NCBI GenBank assembly: GCA_963816185.1 | Contig: CAWFJJ010000025.1 | Coordinates: 512,001-576,000 of the forward strand | Origin: Thermoanaerobaculia bacterium | GTDB taxonomy: Bacteria; Acidobacteriota; Thermoanaerobaculia; UBA5066 | DNA length: 64,000 bases | Direction of reading: 5' to 3' | Shown here: positions 39,310-50,016 of the stretch, piece after piece | How positions within the stretch are numbered: position 1 is the stretch's first letter | How the letters are laid out: the number at the start of each line of letters is the position of its first letter | Translations under genes and position numbers: made by a program | Notes under the pieces: model-generated | The model's database searches: none | Told to the model about the DNA's origin: nothing | Seen by the model: the letters and a program-made list of their open reading frames with translations, nothing else

Positions 39310-39794
39310 GGTCTCAGCCTCACGAGTCCGGCACGGAGGCGGTCCCACAGCGTGCGCCGGAAGGCGCGCATCGGCGCGGTCCTGGGAGACGCGGGCGCGG
39401 TCTCGACGCGGACCTCGATCTCGCCCGATTCCGCGAGCCTGAGATCGCGCACGACGAACGCAGGCCCGGAATCCCCGATGCCGCGTCTCTCACGCGCCTG
39501 GAGAAGGTTGTTGCACTGATTCAGGAACGCCGCGCGCAAGTACGCCTTCGGGTCGCGCACGCGCGGGTTCATCGCGAGCACCTTGAGGAAGACGGTCTGC
39601 GCGGCTCCCTCGCATTCGTCCTGCGTGAGGCCGAACCGGATGACGCCGGCCGCGATGAGGCGGGGGCGGAACTTCGCGTTCAGCTCCTCCCAGTTCCAGA
39701 CGGGCCGCGCGGGGGCAGTGACCTCGACCGGCGCGAACCGGGCGCGCTGCCTTTGCACCTCGTCGGGCGGAATCTCTACGAAGTTCCGGGACAT
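39306..39794 (-). CDS. ECF-sigma-like protein with region 2 only
   Basis: WEELNAKFRPRLI..RFGLTQDECEGAAQTVFLKV..AYLRAAFLNQCNNLLQ resembles sigma70 region 2; no region 4 HTH seen. Confidence 0.6.
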   Translation of the reverse strand: MSRNFVEIPPDEVQRQRARFAPVEVTAPARPVWNWEELNAKFRPRLIAAGVIRFGLTQDECEGAAQTVFLKVLAMNPRVRDPKAYLRAAFLNQCNNLLQARERRGIGDSGPAFVVRDLRLAESGEIEVRVETAPASPRTAPMRAFRRTLWDRLRAGLVRLRP

Positions 39795-39821
39795 CTTTCC
39801 CCTTACGAGAAGAGCCCTTAT

Positions 39822-39851
39822 ATGCTACGCCCGCTTTCCGGCAGGGGTCAA
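39822..39851 (-). promoter_or_regulatory. Sigma70-like promoter for the sigma/TPR pair
   Basis: TTGACC-N18-TAGCAT on the minus strand. Confidence 0.4.
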
Positions 39852-39920
39852 CCGGAACCTCGCAGACAACCCTAATTCAACGCTAACGTCAGACATCCGG
39901 AATCAGAGGGGTGGGCTCGC

Positions 39921-42674
39921 ATGGCGACTAAGAAGAAGGCTAAAGCAGCACCGAGGAAGCTCGTTTACTCGTTCGGAGCGGGAGCTGCCGAGGGAAGAGG
40001 CAGGCAGAAGGACCTGCTCGGCGGCAAAGGGGCGAACCTGGCCGAGATGGGGCGGCTTGGCCTGCCGGTGCCCCCCGGCTTCACCATCACGACCGAGGTC
40101 TGCACCTTCTTCTACGACAACAAGAAGAGCTACCCCAAGGGTTTGCGCAAGGAGGTCGCGACCCACCTGAAGGGGATCGAGAAGAAGCTCGGACGCACCT
40201 TCGGGGACCCGAAGAACCCGCTGACGGTGTCCGTTCGATCGGGCGCGCGGGCATCCATGCCGGGCATGATGGACACGATCCTGAACCTCGGCCTGAATGA
40301 CGAGACGGTCGAAGGTTTGGCGCAAGTCTCGAAGACCCCCCGCTTCGCCTGGGACTGCTACCGGCGGTTCGTGGCGATGTACGGAGACGTCGTTCTCGAG
40401 CTGAAACCGCTTGACAGGCACGAGCGGGACCCGTTCGAGGTCATCCTCGAGAAGAAAAAGAGCGCCTACAAGGTAAACCTCGACATGGAGCTCCCGGTGC
40501 AAGCCCTCCGGGAGCTCGTGCGCGAGTTCAAGGCCGAGATCAAGAAGCGTACCGGGAAGACCTTCCCGGACGATCCTCTCGAGCAGCTCTGGGGCGCGAT
40601 TGGCGCCGTGTTCGGCTCCTGGATGAACGACCGCGCGAAGGTCTACCGGCAGCTCAACGGAATTCCGGAGAGCTGGGGCACCGCGGTGACCGTCCAGTCG
40701 ATGGTGTTCGGCAATCTCGGCGGCGACTGCGGAACGGGCGTCGCGTTCACGCGCGACCCCGCGTCGGGGGAGAACGTCTTCTACGGCGAGTACCTGATCA
40801 ACGCGCAGGGCGAGGATGTCGTGGCCGGCGTGCGCACGCCGCAGAAGATCGCGACGCTCGGCAGGAAGATGCCGAAGGTCTACGCGGAACTGCTCGGCAT
40901 CCGGAAGACGCTCGAGGACCACTACGGCGACATGCAGGACATCGAGTTCACGGTGGAGGCCGGGAAGCTCTGGATGCTCCAGACGCGGACCGGCAAGCGC
41001 ACGGGCTTCGCGGAGGTGCGCATCGCCGTCGAGATGGTCGAGGAGAAGCGCATCACGCCCGAGCAGGCCGTCCTGCGCGTGAACCCCGACTCTCTGAACC
41101 AGCTTCTCAGGCCGATCTTCGATCCGGCCGCGAAGGCCGAGGCGATGGGCGCCGGCCAGTTTCTCGCGAAGGGTCTCAACGCCGGGCCGGGCGCCGCCAC
41201 GGGGCGCGCCGTCTTCACGGCGCTCGACGCCTTCGAGTGGGCCGAACGCGGCGAGAAGGTGCTCCTCGTACGCGAGGAGACGAGCCCCGAGGACATCAAA
41301 GGCATGAACGCGGCGGAGGGCGTCCTCACGGCGCGCGGCGGCATGACGTCTCACGCCGCGCTCGTCGCGAGGCAGATGGGCAAGGTGTGCATCGTGGGCT
41401 GCGAGACCCTGCGGATCGACGCGCAGCAGCGCCTCATGACGATCGCCTCGCCCGGCGCGAAAGAGCCGCGCATCGTCCACGAGGGCGACTGGCTCTCCAT
41501 CGACGGCTCGACGGGCGAGGTCATCGAGGGCCGCATCGGGACGAAGCCGTCCGAGGTCCTGCAGGTCATCCTCGACCGCTCCCTCGATCCGAAGAAGAGC
41601 GAGGTCTACCGGCGCTACGCGACGCTCATGAAGTGGGCGGACAAGGCTCGGCGCCTGAAGGTGCGCGCGAACGCCGACCAGCCGGACCAGGCCACGAACG
41701 CCGTCGCGTTCGGGGCCGAAGGCATCGGCCTCTGCCGCACGGAGCACATGTTCTTCGGCGGCGAGCGCATCACGGCGATGCGCGAGATGATCCTCGCGGA
41801 CAAGACCGAGGACCGCGAGCGTGCGCTCGACAAGATCCTCCCCATGCAGCGCGAGGACTTCGTCGGCCTGTTCCGCGCGATGGGGCCGCGCCCGGTGACG
41901 ATCCGGACGCTCGACCCGCCGCTCCACGAGTTCCTTCCGCACGGCGAGAAGGAGCGCGAGAGCGTGGCGCGCCAGGCCGGCGTCGACCCGCGCACCGTGG
42001 CGCGCAAGGTGGCCGAGCTGCACGAGATGAACCCGATGCTCGGGCACCGCGGCTGCCGCTTGGGCATCTCGTTTCCCGAGATCACCCGCATGCAGACGCG
42101 CGCGATCCTCGAGGCCGCGTGCCGCGTCAAGAAGGAAGGCATCGACGTGAGGCCCGAGATCATGATTCCACTCGTCGGCCACGTGAACGAGCTGGCCGAC
42201 CAGGCGAAGATCGTGCGCGACACCGCGAAGAAAGTCTTCGAGGCGGAAGGGATCAAGGTGAGCTTCCTTCTCGGCACGATGATCGAGCTGCCGCGCGCGG
42301 CGGTCACGGCGGACGAGATCGCTCGGGAGGCCGAGTTCTTCAGCTTCGGGACGAACGACCTCACGCAGACGACGTTCGGGCTCTCGCGGGACGACGCGGG
42401 CAAGTTCCTGCCCGAGTACGTGCGGCGCGAGATCCTGCCCGCCGATCCCTTCGAGAGGCTCGACCAGATCGGCGTCGGCAAGCTCATGAAGATGGCCGTC
42501 GAGCTGGGGCGCTCGACGCGCCCGGATATGCACCTCGGGATTTGCGGCGAGCACGGCGGCGACCCGTCCAGCGTGGAGTTCTGTCACCGCATCGGCCTCG
42601 ACTACGTGTCCTGCTCGCCGTTTCGCATCCCGATCGCCCGGCTGGCCGCGGCGCAGGCGGCGCTGAGGAAGTGA
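39921..42674 (+). CDS. ppdK: Pyruvate, phosphate dikinase
   Basis: [25 protein letters not shown] phospho-His motif, [24 protein letters not shown]. Confidence 0.97.
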   Translation: MATKKKAKAAPRKLVYSFGAGAAEGRGRQKDLLGGKGANLAEMGRLGLPVPPGFTITTEVCTFFYDNKKSYPKGLRKEVATHLKGIEKKLGRTFGDPKNPLTVSVRSGARASMPGMMDTILNLGLNDETVEGLAQVSKTPRFAWDCYRRFVAMYGDVVLELKPLDRHERDPFEVILEKKKSAYKVNLDMELPVQALRELVREFKAEIKKRTGKTFPDDPLEQLWGAIGAVFGSWMNDRAKVYRQLNGIPESWGTAVTVQSMVFGNLGGDCGTGVAFTRDPASGENVFYGEYLINAQGEDVVAGVRTPQKIATLGRKMPKVYAELLGIRKTLEDHYGDMQDIEFTVEAGKLWMLQTRTGKRTGFAEVRIAVEMVEEKRITPEQAVLRVNPDSLNQLLRPIFDPAAKAEAMGAGQFLAKGLNAGPGAATGRAVFTALDAFEWAERGEKVLLVREETSPEDIKGMNAAEGVLTARGGMTSHAALVARQMGKVCIVGCETLRIDAQQRLMTIASPGAKEPRIVHEGDWLSIDGSTGEVIEGRIGTKPSEVLQVILDRSLDPKKSEVYRRYATLMKWADKARRLKVRANADQPDQATNAVAFGAEGIGLCRTEHMFFGGERITAMREMILADKTEDRERALDKILPMQREDFVGLFRAMGPRPVTIRTLDPPLHEFLPHGEKERESVARQAGVDPRTVARKVAELHEMNPMLGHRGCRLGISFPEITRMQTRAILEAACRVKKEGIDVRPEIMIPLVGHVNELADQAKIVRDTAKKVFEAEGIKVSFLLGTMIELPRAAVTADEIAREAEFFSFGTNDLTQTTFGLSRDDAGKFLPEYVRREILPADPFERLDQIGVGKLMKMAVELGRSTRPDMHLGICGEHGGDPSSVEFCHRIGLDYVSCSPFRIPIARLAAAQAALRK

Positions 42675-44140
42675 GCCGCAGAGGCCGCCACCACCGCTCC
42701 GATCTCGCCGACATCGCGCGCCGCGCGATGCAGGAGAAAGGGCTCAACCCCGACTTCCCGAAGGATGCGCTCGTCCAGCTCGGGAAGATCGAGGAGCCCG
42801 CGCGTGAGAAGGATCCCGCGATCCGCGACCAGCGCGACCTCCTCTGGGCCTCCATCGACAACGACGACAGCCGCGACCTCGACCAGCTTTCCGTCGCCGA
42901 GGAGCTCGCCGGCGGCGCCGTGAGGGTACTCGTCGCGATCGCGGACGTCGACGCGCTCGTCGGGAAGGGAACTCCGCTGGATGGGCGGGCCGCACAGAAC
43001 ACGACGTCGGTCTACACGGCCGGCGGGGTCTTCCCCATGCTTCCCGAGAAGCTCTCGACGGACCTCACGTCGCTGAACCAGGACGAGGACCGGCTCTCCG
43101 TCGTCATCGAGTACGTCGTGAACGCGGACGGGACGCTCGGCGATTCCAACGTCTATCGCTCCCTCGTACGCAACAAGGCGAAGCTCGCCTACGACTCGGT
43201 GGACGCGTGGCGCGACGGCCGCGGAGAGATGCCGGCCGCGATGGCGAAGGTTCCGGGGGTCGACGCACAGATCCGGCTTCAGGAGGACGTTTCGCAGCGC
43301 CTCCGCCACCTGCGTTACGCGCACGGCGCGCTCGACCTCCAGACGATCGAGGCGCGAGCCGTCTTCGACGGTGAGGAGATTCGCGACCTGACGGTCGACG
43401 AGCAGAACCAGCCGAGGCAGCTCATCGAGGACTTCATGATCGCCGCGAACGGCGTGACGGCCCGCTATCTCGAGGACGCGGGCTTCGCCGCTCTCAGGCG
43501 CGTCGTGAAATCCCCGGAGAGGTGGCAGCGCATCGTCTCCGTCGCCGCCGAGCACGGCTTCTCGCTCCCTCCGGAGCCGGACTCGAAGGCGCTGGAGGCT
43601 TTTCTCGCGGCGCGCCGCAAGGCCGACCCTCTGCGCTTTCCGGATCTCTCACTCGTCATCGTGAAGCTCATGGGCTCCGGCGAGTACGTCGTCGAGCTGC
43701 CCGGGAAGGAGCCGGTCGGCCACTTCGGCCTCGCCGTGCGCGACTACACGCACTCCACGGCGCCGAACCGCCGCTACCCGGACGTGATCACGCAGCGTCT
43801 TCTCAAGGCGGCGCTCGCGCATCGCCCGACGCCCTATTCGGCGTCCGATCTGAACGGCCTCGCCGTTCGCTGCACCGAGCAGGAGGACGCCGCGAACAAA
43901 GTCGAACGCCTCGTGCGCAAATCCGCGGCCGCGCTGCTCCTCGAGACGCGCATCGGCGAGCACTTCGACGGAGTCGTGACGGGTGCGTCGGAGAAGGGCA
44001 CCTGGGTGCGCATCTTCCGGCCGCCCGTCGAAGGCAAGGTCGTCCGCGGCGAAGCGGGCCTCGAGGTCGGGAACAAGGTGCGCGTCAAGCTCGTGTCGAC
44101 GAACGTCGAGCGCGGCTACATCGACTTCGTCAGGGCGTGA
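42671..44140 (+). CDS. RNB-domain ribonuclease (RNase II/R family) with S1 domain
   Basis: [35 protein letters not shown]; GTGA overlap with ppdK. Confidence 0.9.
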   Translation: MSRRGRHHRSDLADIARRAMQEKGLNPDFPKDALVQLGKIEEPAREKDPAIRDQRDLLWASIDNDDSRDLDQLSVAEELAGGAVRVLVAIADVDALVGKGTPLDGRAAQNTTSVYTAGGVFPMLPEKLSTDLTSLNQDEDRLSVVIEYVVNADGTLGDSNVYRSLVRNKAKLAYDSVDAWRDGRGEMPAAMAKVPGVDAQIRLQEDVSQRLRHLRYAHGALDLQTIEARAVFDGEEIRDLTVDEQNQPRQLIEDFMIAANGVTARYLEDAGFAALRRVVKSPERWQRIVSVAAEHGFSLPPEPDSKALEAFLAARRKADPLRFPDLSLVIVKLMGSGEYVVELPGKEPVGHFGLAVRDYTHSTAPNRRYPDVITQRLLKAALAHRPTPYSASDLNGLAVRCTEQEDAANKVERLVRKSAAALLLETRIGEHFDGVVTGASEKGTWVRIFRPPVEGKVVRGEAGLEVGNKVRVKLVSTNVERGYIDFVRA

Positions 44141-45017
44141 CGCCCGTCAGGAAACGGATCAGGAGCTCGTTGACCCGCTGGGGCGCGTCGGCCTGCACCC
44201 AGTGACTCGCGTCCGCGATCCGCTCGACCGTCAGGCGCGGCACCCAGCGGTCGAGGCCCTCGAGGAGGCCAGGGCCGAGGTAGCGGTCGCGCTCGCCCCA
44301 GACGAGGAGCGTTCGGAGGTCTTCCGGCCACGTGCGGCCGCGGACCCGCGGCGGAAACCGGAAGGCCGCCCGGTAGTAGTTCACGGCGGCCGTGAGCGCG
44401 CCGGGCCGGGCGAGGGCTTCCTTGTACAGGCGGATGTCCTCGTCCGTAAAGGCTCCCGGCGACACGGGATCGCGCCGGAGCATCCTCTCGAGCACCGCGA
44501 AGTTCCCGGCGCGGATTCGCCGCTCCGGAAGCCAAGGGAGCTGGAAGAAGAAGACGTACGAGGACTTCCTCCGCTGCGCGGGGTTCGTCCGCAGCTCGCG
44601 TCGGAAGGCGAGCGGATGCGGCGCATTGAGCAGGGTCAGCGAGAGCAGTCGCTCGGGATGGAAAAGCGGTGCGAACCACGCGAGGACGCCGCCCCAGTCG
44701 TGCCCGACGACGTGGGCCTTCGCGTTCGCTCCGCCGCCGAGCTGGTCGATCAGGCCCTCCAGGTCCGCGAGGAGGGTCTCGATACGGTACGCGGAGACAC
44801 CTCGCGGCGTGTCCGAGAAGTTGTAGCCGCGGAGGTCGGGCGCCACGGCGCGGAAGCCCGCGGCCGCGAGCGCGGGGACCTGGTGGCGCCACGCGTACCA
44901 GAACTCGGGGAAGCCGTGGAGGAGAATGACGAGCGGCCCTTCGCCCTGCTCGACCCAGTGCAGGCGGATCCCGTTGACCCGGCCCTCGACGTGACGGAGA
45001 GGCGAGGCCGCGTTCAC
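44130..45017 (-). CDS. Alpha/beta hydrolase, epoxide hydrolase-like
   Basis: LLHGFPEFW, APDLRGY, GHDWGG, SHWVQ; GTG 45017. Confidence 0.9.
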   Translation of the reverse strand: MNAASPLRHVEGRVNGIRLHWVEQGEGPLVILLHGFPEFWYAWRHQVPALAAAGFRAVAPDLRGYNFSDTPRGVSAYRIETLLADLEGLIDQLGGGANAKAHVVGHDWGGVLAWFAPLFHPERLLSLTLLNAPHPLAFRRELRTNPAQRRKSSYVFFFQLPWLPERRIRAGNFAVLERMLRRDPVSPGAFTDEDIRLYKEALARPGALTAAVNYYRAAFRFPPRVRGRTWPEDLRTLLVWGERDRYLGPGLLEGLDRWVPRLTVERIADASHWVQADAPQRVNELLIRFLTGVTP

Positions 45018-48000
45018 CGGTTGGAATGGGCGACGAAGCTCCCGTCGTTCGTGGCGCCGCTCTGCGGCGTCGGTCCGTCGTTGACGACGCCGTACGCGTA
45101 GAGCGCGCTCGAGCCTCCCGTGCGGAGGACGTGGACGTAGCCGTTCGCGACCCCATAGGACGTGAGGATGGGCGAGAACTGGAACCACCCGCCGACGGGA
45201 AGGTTCTGGACCTTGGAGCTGCCCGCCAGCTTTCCCGTGTCGCCGTTGTAGACGTCCACGCGGTAGGCGTCCGTCACGTTGACGTTCCCGAAGTTCACGA
45301 CGGCGAGGTTCGAGCGGTTCGTCGCGTTCTGCTGGAGGCCGTACACCCAGGCCTCGCCCGAGGCGGCTTCGGACACCTGCGTCGCGCGGTAGAAGAGACC
45401 GTACTGGCCACCGCCCGCGGCGGGCGCCCCCGTCCGTGCCCCGACGAACAGCCACGCGAGACCGCCGTTGCGCATGGCGCTGATCTGGAGCGCCCCGGCG
45501 TAGGAACCGGCCCCCTTGGCGCCGATCGCGACGCCTTTGCCCCGCAGGTAGTCGAGGGCGTTGGGGATGATCTTCTGCTCGTACGGCTGGAGGCTCTCCA
45601 TGGCGACGCCGCCCGCGCCGCCCGCCGGGCTCAGCGACTCCACGTACGTCATCGTGATGGTGATCGGCTCGGCGTACGGGCTTCCGAGAACGAGCTCGCT
45701 CTGGAACGTCCCCGTCTCCACGAGGACCGACAGGGTCTGGGGATTTCCCGGACTGAGCGGCATCGGGGGAACGAAGGACCCGTCCGACGTGACGTTGTCG
45801 TTGAAGACGGCGTACGTGTAGAACGGTCCGGGCCCATCGACGAGCTCGACCGTCGCCCAGCCGTCGGCATAGCCGGCCGAAGACAGGACGTGACCGATCT
45901 GCGTCCACTGGCCAGGCCCGAGGACGACGTTCGGGAGGACCATGGAGCGTCCGTCGGCGCCCGCGTGGAGAGTCACCCGGAGCGTGATCGGGATCGCCGC
46001 GTTCATGTTCACGAGGGCGAGGTTGCTCCGGTCGGCGGCATTCTCGCGGAGGCCGAAGAGGTACACGGGCGACGTGAAGGCGTCGTCGAGCCTCACACCG
46101 GGATACGCGAGTCCCGCGCGCCCGCCCGCGGAGGGCGCCGTCGTCCGCGCGCCCGCGAAGGCGACGGAATCCGATGACAGACCCTCGAACGTGACGAAGA
46201 GCGCCCCGCCCTGATTCGAGTCTGACGGGATCGTCAGGCCCTTCGTCCTCAAGTACGCGAGCGTATCCGGGATAATGATCTGTCGCCCCGCCGGGAGCGT
46301 CTCGCTCACGGTCCCGCTCCCGGAGGCGCCGAGCGAGGTCGCCGCGACGTACGTCATCTGCAGTGTGGCCGTCGTCGTGCCCCGGTTCGCGAGCGTCAGC
46401 TCCGACGAGAACCGCGCGCGCCGCCCACGCCCGAGACGTCGAGGACGATGGGGACGACCTTCGTGACCGCGCTGCCCGCGATCGCGGGGGCGACCGTGAC
46501 CGACTGCGTCTTCGTGTTCTCTCCGGCGGCGTTCGTCACCGTGAGCGAGACCTGGTATTGGCCCGCGGCGGCGAACGTGTGCGTCGGGTACGGCACCGCC
46601 GACACGCCCCCGTCGCCGAAGGTCCACGACCAGGACGTCGGGTTGCCGGTCGAGAGGTCCGTGAAGCCGAATGGCTGCCCGGCGACCGGAATCCCGGCCC
46701 ACGTGAAGTCCGCCAGCGCGGGCGGCGTCGGGAAGCGGTAGACGCCCCGTGCGCTCGTGCCGACGTAGAGCGTCGCGGATCCCGGCGCGATCGCGAAGGC
46801 GTTCACGAAAGCGTTCCCGAGCCCGGCGTTGAAAGGCGTCCAGCTCGTCCCGTGGTCCGTGCTCCTGAAGAGACCGACGATCGTGCCGGCGTAGAACGTC
46901 GAGGCGGACGCGGGATCGAACTTCAGGGCGGTGATCGTCGTCGACGGCAGGCCGTTCGTGACCGGTGCCCAGCCCACGCCGCCGTCGGCCGATCGAAACA
47001 GGCCCCCGTCCGTACCCGCCCACATGGTCGAAGAGGAGCTCGGGTCCATGGTCAGCGCGTAGACGACCCGGGTCGCCAGGGCGTTGTTCGTGACCCACTC
47101 CAGTCCGCCGTCCTTGTGGACGCGGATCCCGTAGACGCCTGAGTCCGTCCCGGCGACCGCGGTCGCGCCGGGCGCGGGGACGACGATGCTCTCGAAGACG
47201 GGGAGCGGGGCGGGCGAGCCGCCGTAACCCGCCCAAGTGGCGCCGGCGTCGGTGCTCTTCCACGCGAGTCCCTGCGCCGGGGTTGTGGGGGCTTCGGGCG
47301 TGCCGACCCCCCCGGCGGCATAGACGGTCGTCGGCGATCCGGGGTCCGACGCCCACGCGTAGACGATGGCGATGGTGTCGATGTGCGTCCATGTCGCGCC
47401 GCCGTCGGTGCTCCTCCAGCCCCCGTCGCCCATTCCGGCGAGAATCGTCGAAGAGCCCGGGAGGATTGCGAGACAGAAAACGTTGGCGACGTTCGGGCTG
47501 ACCGTGACGGACGTCCACGTCACGCCGGCGTCCACGCTCTTGTATAGGCCGACGTCGGTGCCCGCGTAGACAGTCGCGGGTGCCGTGGGATCGACGGCGA
47601 GCGACAGGATCCTGACCGACGTCAGGCCCCTGTTCGAGGCCTGGGCGTTCACGCCCGCGTTCGTGCTCCTGAAGACGCCGTTCGCCGCCCCGATGTAGAC
47701 ATTCGAGGGCGTCACGGGGTCGACCGCAAGGGCATTGATGACCTGTTGCGGGAAGCCGCCGGTCACCCGGCTCAGGGTCGCGGCCCCGTCGAGACTCTTC
47801 GCGACCTGCACCGCGTTGGCGCAGGCATAGACCGTGGTGGGCGTGACGGGGTCGATGGCCAGAGCGAAGCCGGTCCCCTTGAAAGCGGCGGCATTCCAGG
47901 TCGCCGCGCCGTCGGTGCTCTTGAAGACGCCGCCTCCGTTCGTCCCGGCATAGAGGGTCGAAGGCGTTTTCGGGTCAATCGCGATCGCGAAGACCCTCGT

Positions 48001-48684
48001 CTGGGTCAACCCGTTCGAGGCCGCCGTCCAGGTCGCGGCCCCGTCCGAGGTCCGGAAGACGCCGTTGTCCCTCGTACCCGCATAGAGAGTCGAGGGCGAG
48101 ACCGAATTGATCGCCAGGGCGAAAACCTGCACGGTCCCGAGGCCGGCGCTCGCGGCGGTCCAGCTCGCCGCGCCGTCCGTGCTCTTGAAGACCCCGCTGT
48201 CCGTCCCTGCATAGAGTGTGGATGGCGTCCCGGGGTCGATCGCAAAGACCCAGATCCGGTTCGTCGTCAGGCCGGCCGCCGCCCAGCTCGTCCCGCCGTC
48301 GGTGCTCCTCCAGACGCCGTGATTCCTCGTGCCCGCATACACGGTCGTGCTCGTGATCGGATCGATCGCGAGAGAGAGAACGGCATCCCCCGGCAAGCCG
48401 GTACCGGCAACCGCCCAGCTCGCCCCGCCGTTCGTCGTCTTGAAGACGCCGCCGCCGCCCGCGCTGCTGAACTTGAAGGCCCCGTGGCCGGTGCCCGCGT
48501 AGATCGTCGCCGGCGCGCGCGGATCGATGGCCAGGGCGAACACATTCCCCCCGGTCGGTCCGACGCTGCTCCACACGTCCACGTCGCCGCGGGCAACGCC
48601 CGCGAGAAGAAAGAGGGCCGCAAAAGTGGGGATAGAGACGAACCGGTGGGTGAGAAGGCAACGCAGCCTAACGAGCACGATCAT
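45014..48684 (-). CDS. Large secreted protein: BNR/VPS10-like propeller repeats + PKD + C-terminal beta domains; one frameshift near 46415
   Basis: Repeated GVFKSTDGAASW; PKD (FTDLSTGNPTSWSWTFGDG..HTF); ..SGVGGAR continues as FSSELTLANRG in another frame; start uncertain. Confidence 0.8.
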
Positions 48685-48741
48685 GTCGTCGATCGCTCCG
48701 GGAAACGCGCGATTGCGCGGCATCATATCGTGCGCGGGGGG

Positions 48742-49980
48742 TCACGAGCCCTCCCGCCGCGGCTCCCTGACGCGTGAGAAGAGCGCGGCGGAGAGGAGTC
48801 CGAGCGCGAGCATCGAGAGCCACAGCACGCGCCCGCCCCCGTGTTCGAGGAGCGCGGTTCCGAGCGGCGGCCCGACGACGATCGCGAAGCTGAACGCCAT
48901 CCCGTAGAGCCCCATGTAGACGCCGCGGCTCTCGGGCGGCGCGACGTCGGCTACCCACGACGCCATTCCGGGGAGCAGCATCATCTCGCCGAACGTCCAG
49001 ACGACGATCGTGAGGACGACGACGGGCATCGAGCGCGCGAACGCGAGCGCGCCGAAGCCAGAGGCGACGAGGACGGAGCCGAGCGCGAGCGCGCGCCGGT
49101 GCGACCAGTGCGCGGTCGCGAAGTTGAGCGGCACCTCGAGGAAGACGATCAGGACCGTGTTGACCGTGTGGAGGAGGCCGAACGTCCAGACCGGGAAGCC
49201 GAGGACCACGACGAGGAAGACGGGCAGGGACGACGCGTGTTGGAAGAAGACGATCCCCACCGGCACGAGCGCGACGAGGAAGTAGACGAGCGCCGGATCC
49301 CGCAGGCCCTCGCGCCGCGACGGGCCGACGCCGGCGGGTGCCGCCGCGGGGAACGCGATGTCCTTCGGGAAGAAGAGGGCGAGCGTCGCGGCCGCGAGGA
49401 GGGACGTCGCGCCGTCGACGTAGAACAGAGCGGGCCACGACACGGCCGCGAGGAAGCCGCCGAGCGCGGGCCCGATGCTCATCCCGAGATTCGAAGCGAG
49501 CCGCTGGAGCGCGAACGCCGCCCGCCGCTGTTCGGGCGCGGCGAGGTGCGTGATGACGCTCAGGCTCGCCGGCCGGAACGCCTCGTTCACGACGGCGATG
49601 ACGAGCGTGAGCACGGCGATCGACGGGAGGGTGCGCGCGAGCGGGACGAAGAGGAGGAAGAGGCCCGAGAGGAGGAGCGAGACGAGCATCATCCGCACGG
49701 GGCCGAAGCGGTCCGCGAACCGGCCGACGACCGGTCCCGCCACGAGCGCCCCGAGGCCGAAGAGCGCGAAGACGCCGCCCGCCATGGACGGGGTCACGCC
49801 CAGGTCCTTCGTGAGGTAGAGGATCAGGAACGGCAGGAACATCGTCCCCGACCGGTTCACGAGAGTGGCCCCCGCGAGCACCCAGAGCGCGCGGGGGAGA
49901 TCCGAGAGTCCCCGCCAGGGGTTCAGCGCGAGTCTCCGGAGAGCGGCATCACGCGCGGAGCATACGTGCGCCTGCATCAT
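48742..49980 (-). CDS. MFS transporter
   Basis: About 12 TM helices; GRFADRFGP motif A; start uncertain (ATG 49980/49977 or CTG 49926). Confidence 0.88.
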   Translation of the reverse strand: MMQAHVCSARDAALRRLALNPWRGLSDLPRALWVLAGATLVNRSGTMFLPFLILYLTKDLGVTPSMAGGVFALFGLGALVAGPVVGRFADRFGPVRMMLVSLLLSGLFLLFVPLARTLPSIAVLTLVIAVVNEAFRPASLSVITHLAAPEQRRAAFALQRLASNLGMSIGPALGGFLAAVSWPALFYVDGATSLLAAATLALFFPKDIAFPAAAPAGVGPSRREGLRDPALVYFLVALVPVGIVFFQHASSLPVFLVVVLGFPVWTFGLLHTVNTVLIVFLEVPLNFATAHWSHRRALALGSVLVASGFGALAFARSMPVVVLTIVVWTFGEMMLLPGMASWVADVAPPESRGVYMGLYGMAFSFAIVVGPPLGTALLEHGGGRVLWLSMLALGLLSAALFSRVREPRREGS

Positions 49981-50016
49981 TCCTGCCGGTCCGGCAGATT
50001 CCGAAGATAATCTCTT

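Noticed and set aside
39903-42587. Long antisense and alternate-frame ORFs (also 16128..17906, 5537..7804, the 5' part of 48742..52659 and others)
   Set aside because: Shadow ORFs expected in GC-rich DNA; they overlap well-supported genes and have no recognisable motifs.
46740-48560. Repetitive DNA in the large surface-protein gene
   Set aside because: Explained by BNR/Asp-box protein repeats (GVFKSTDGxxxW).
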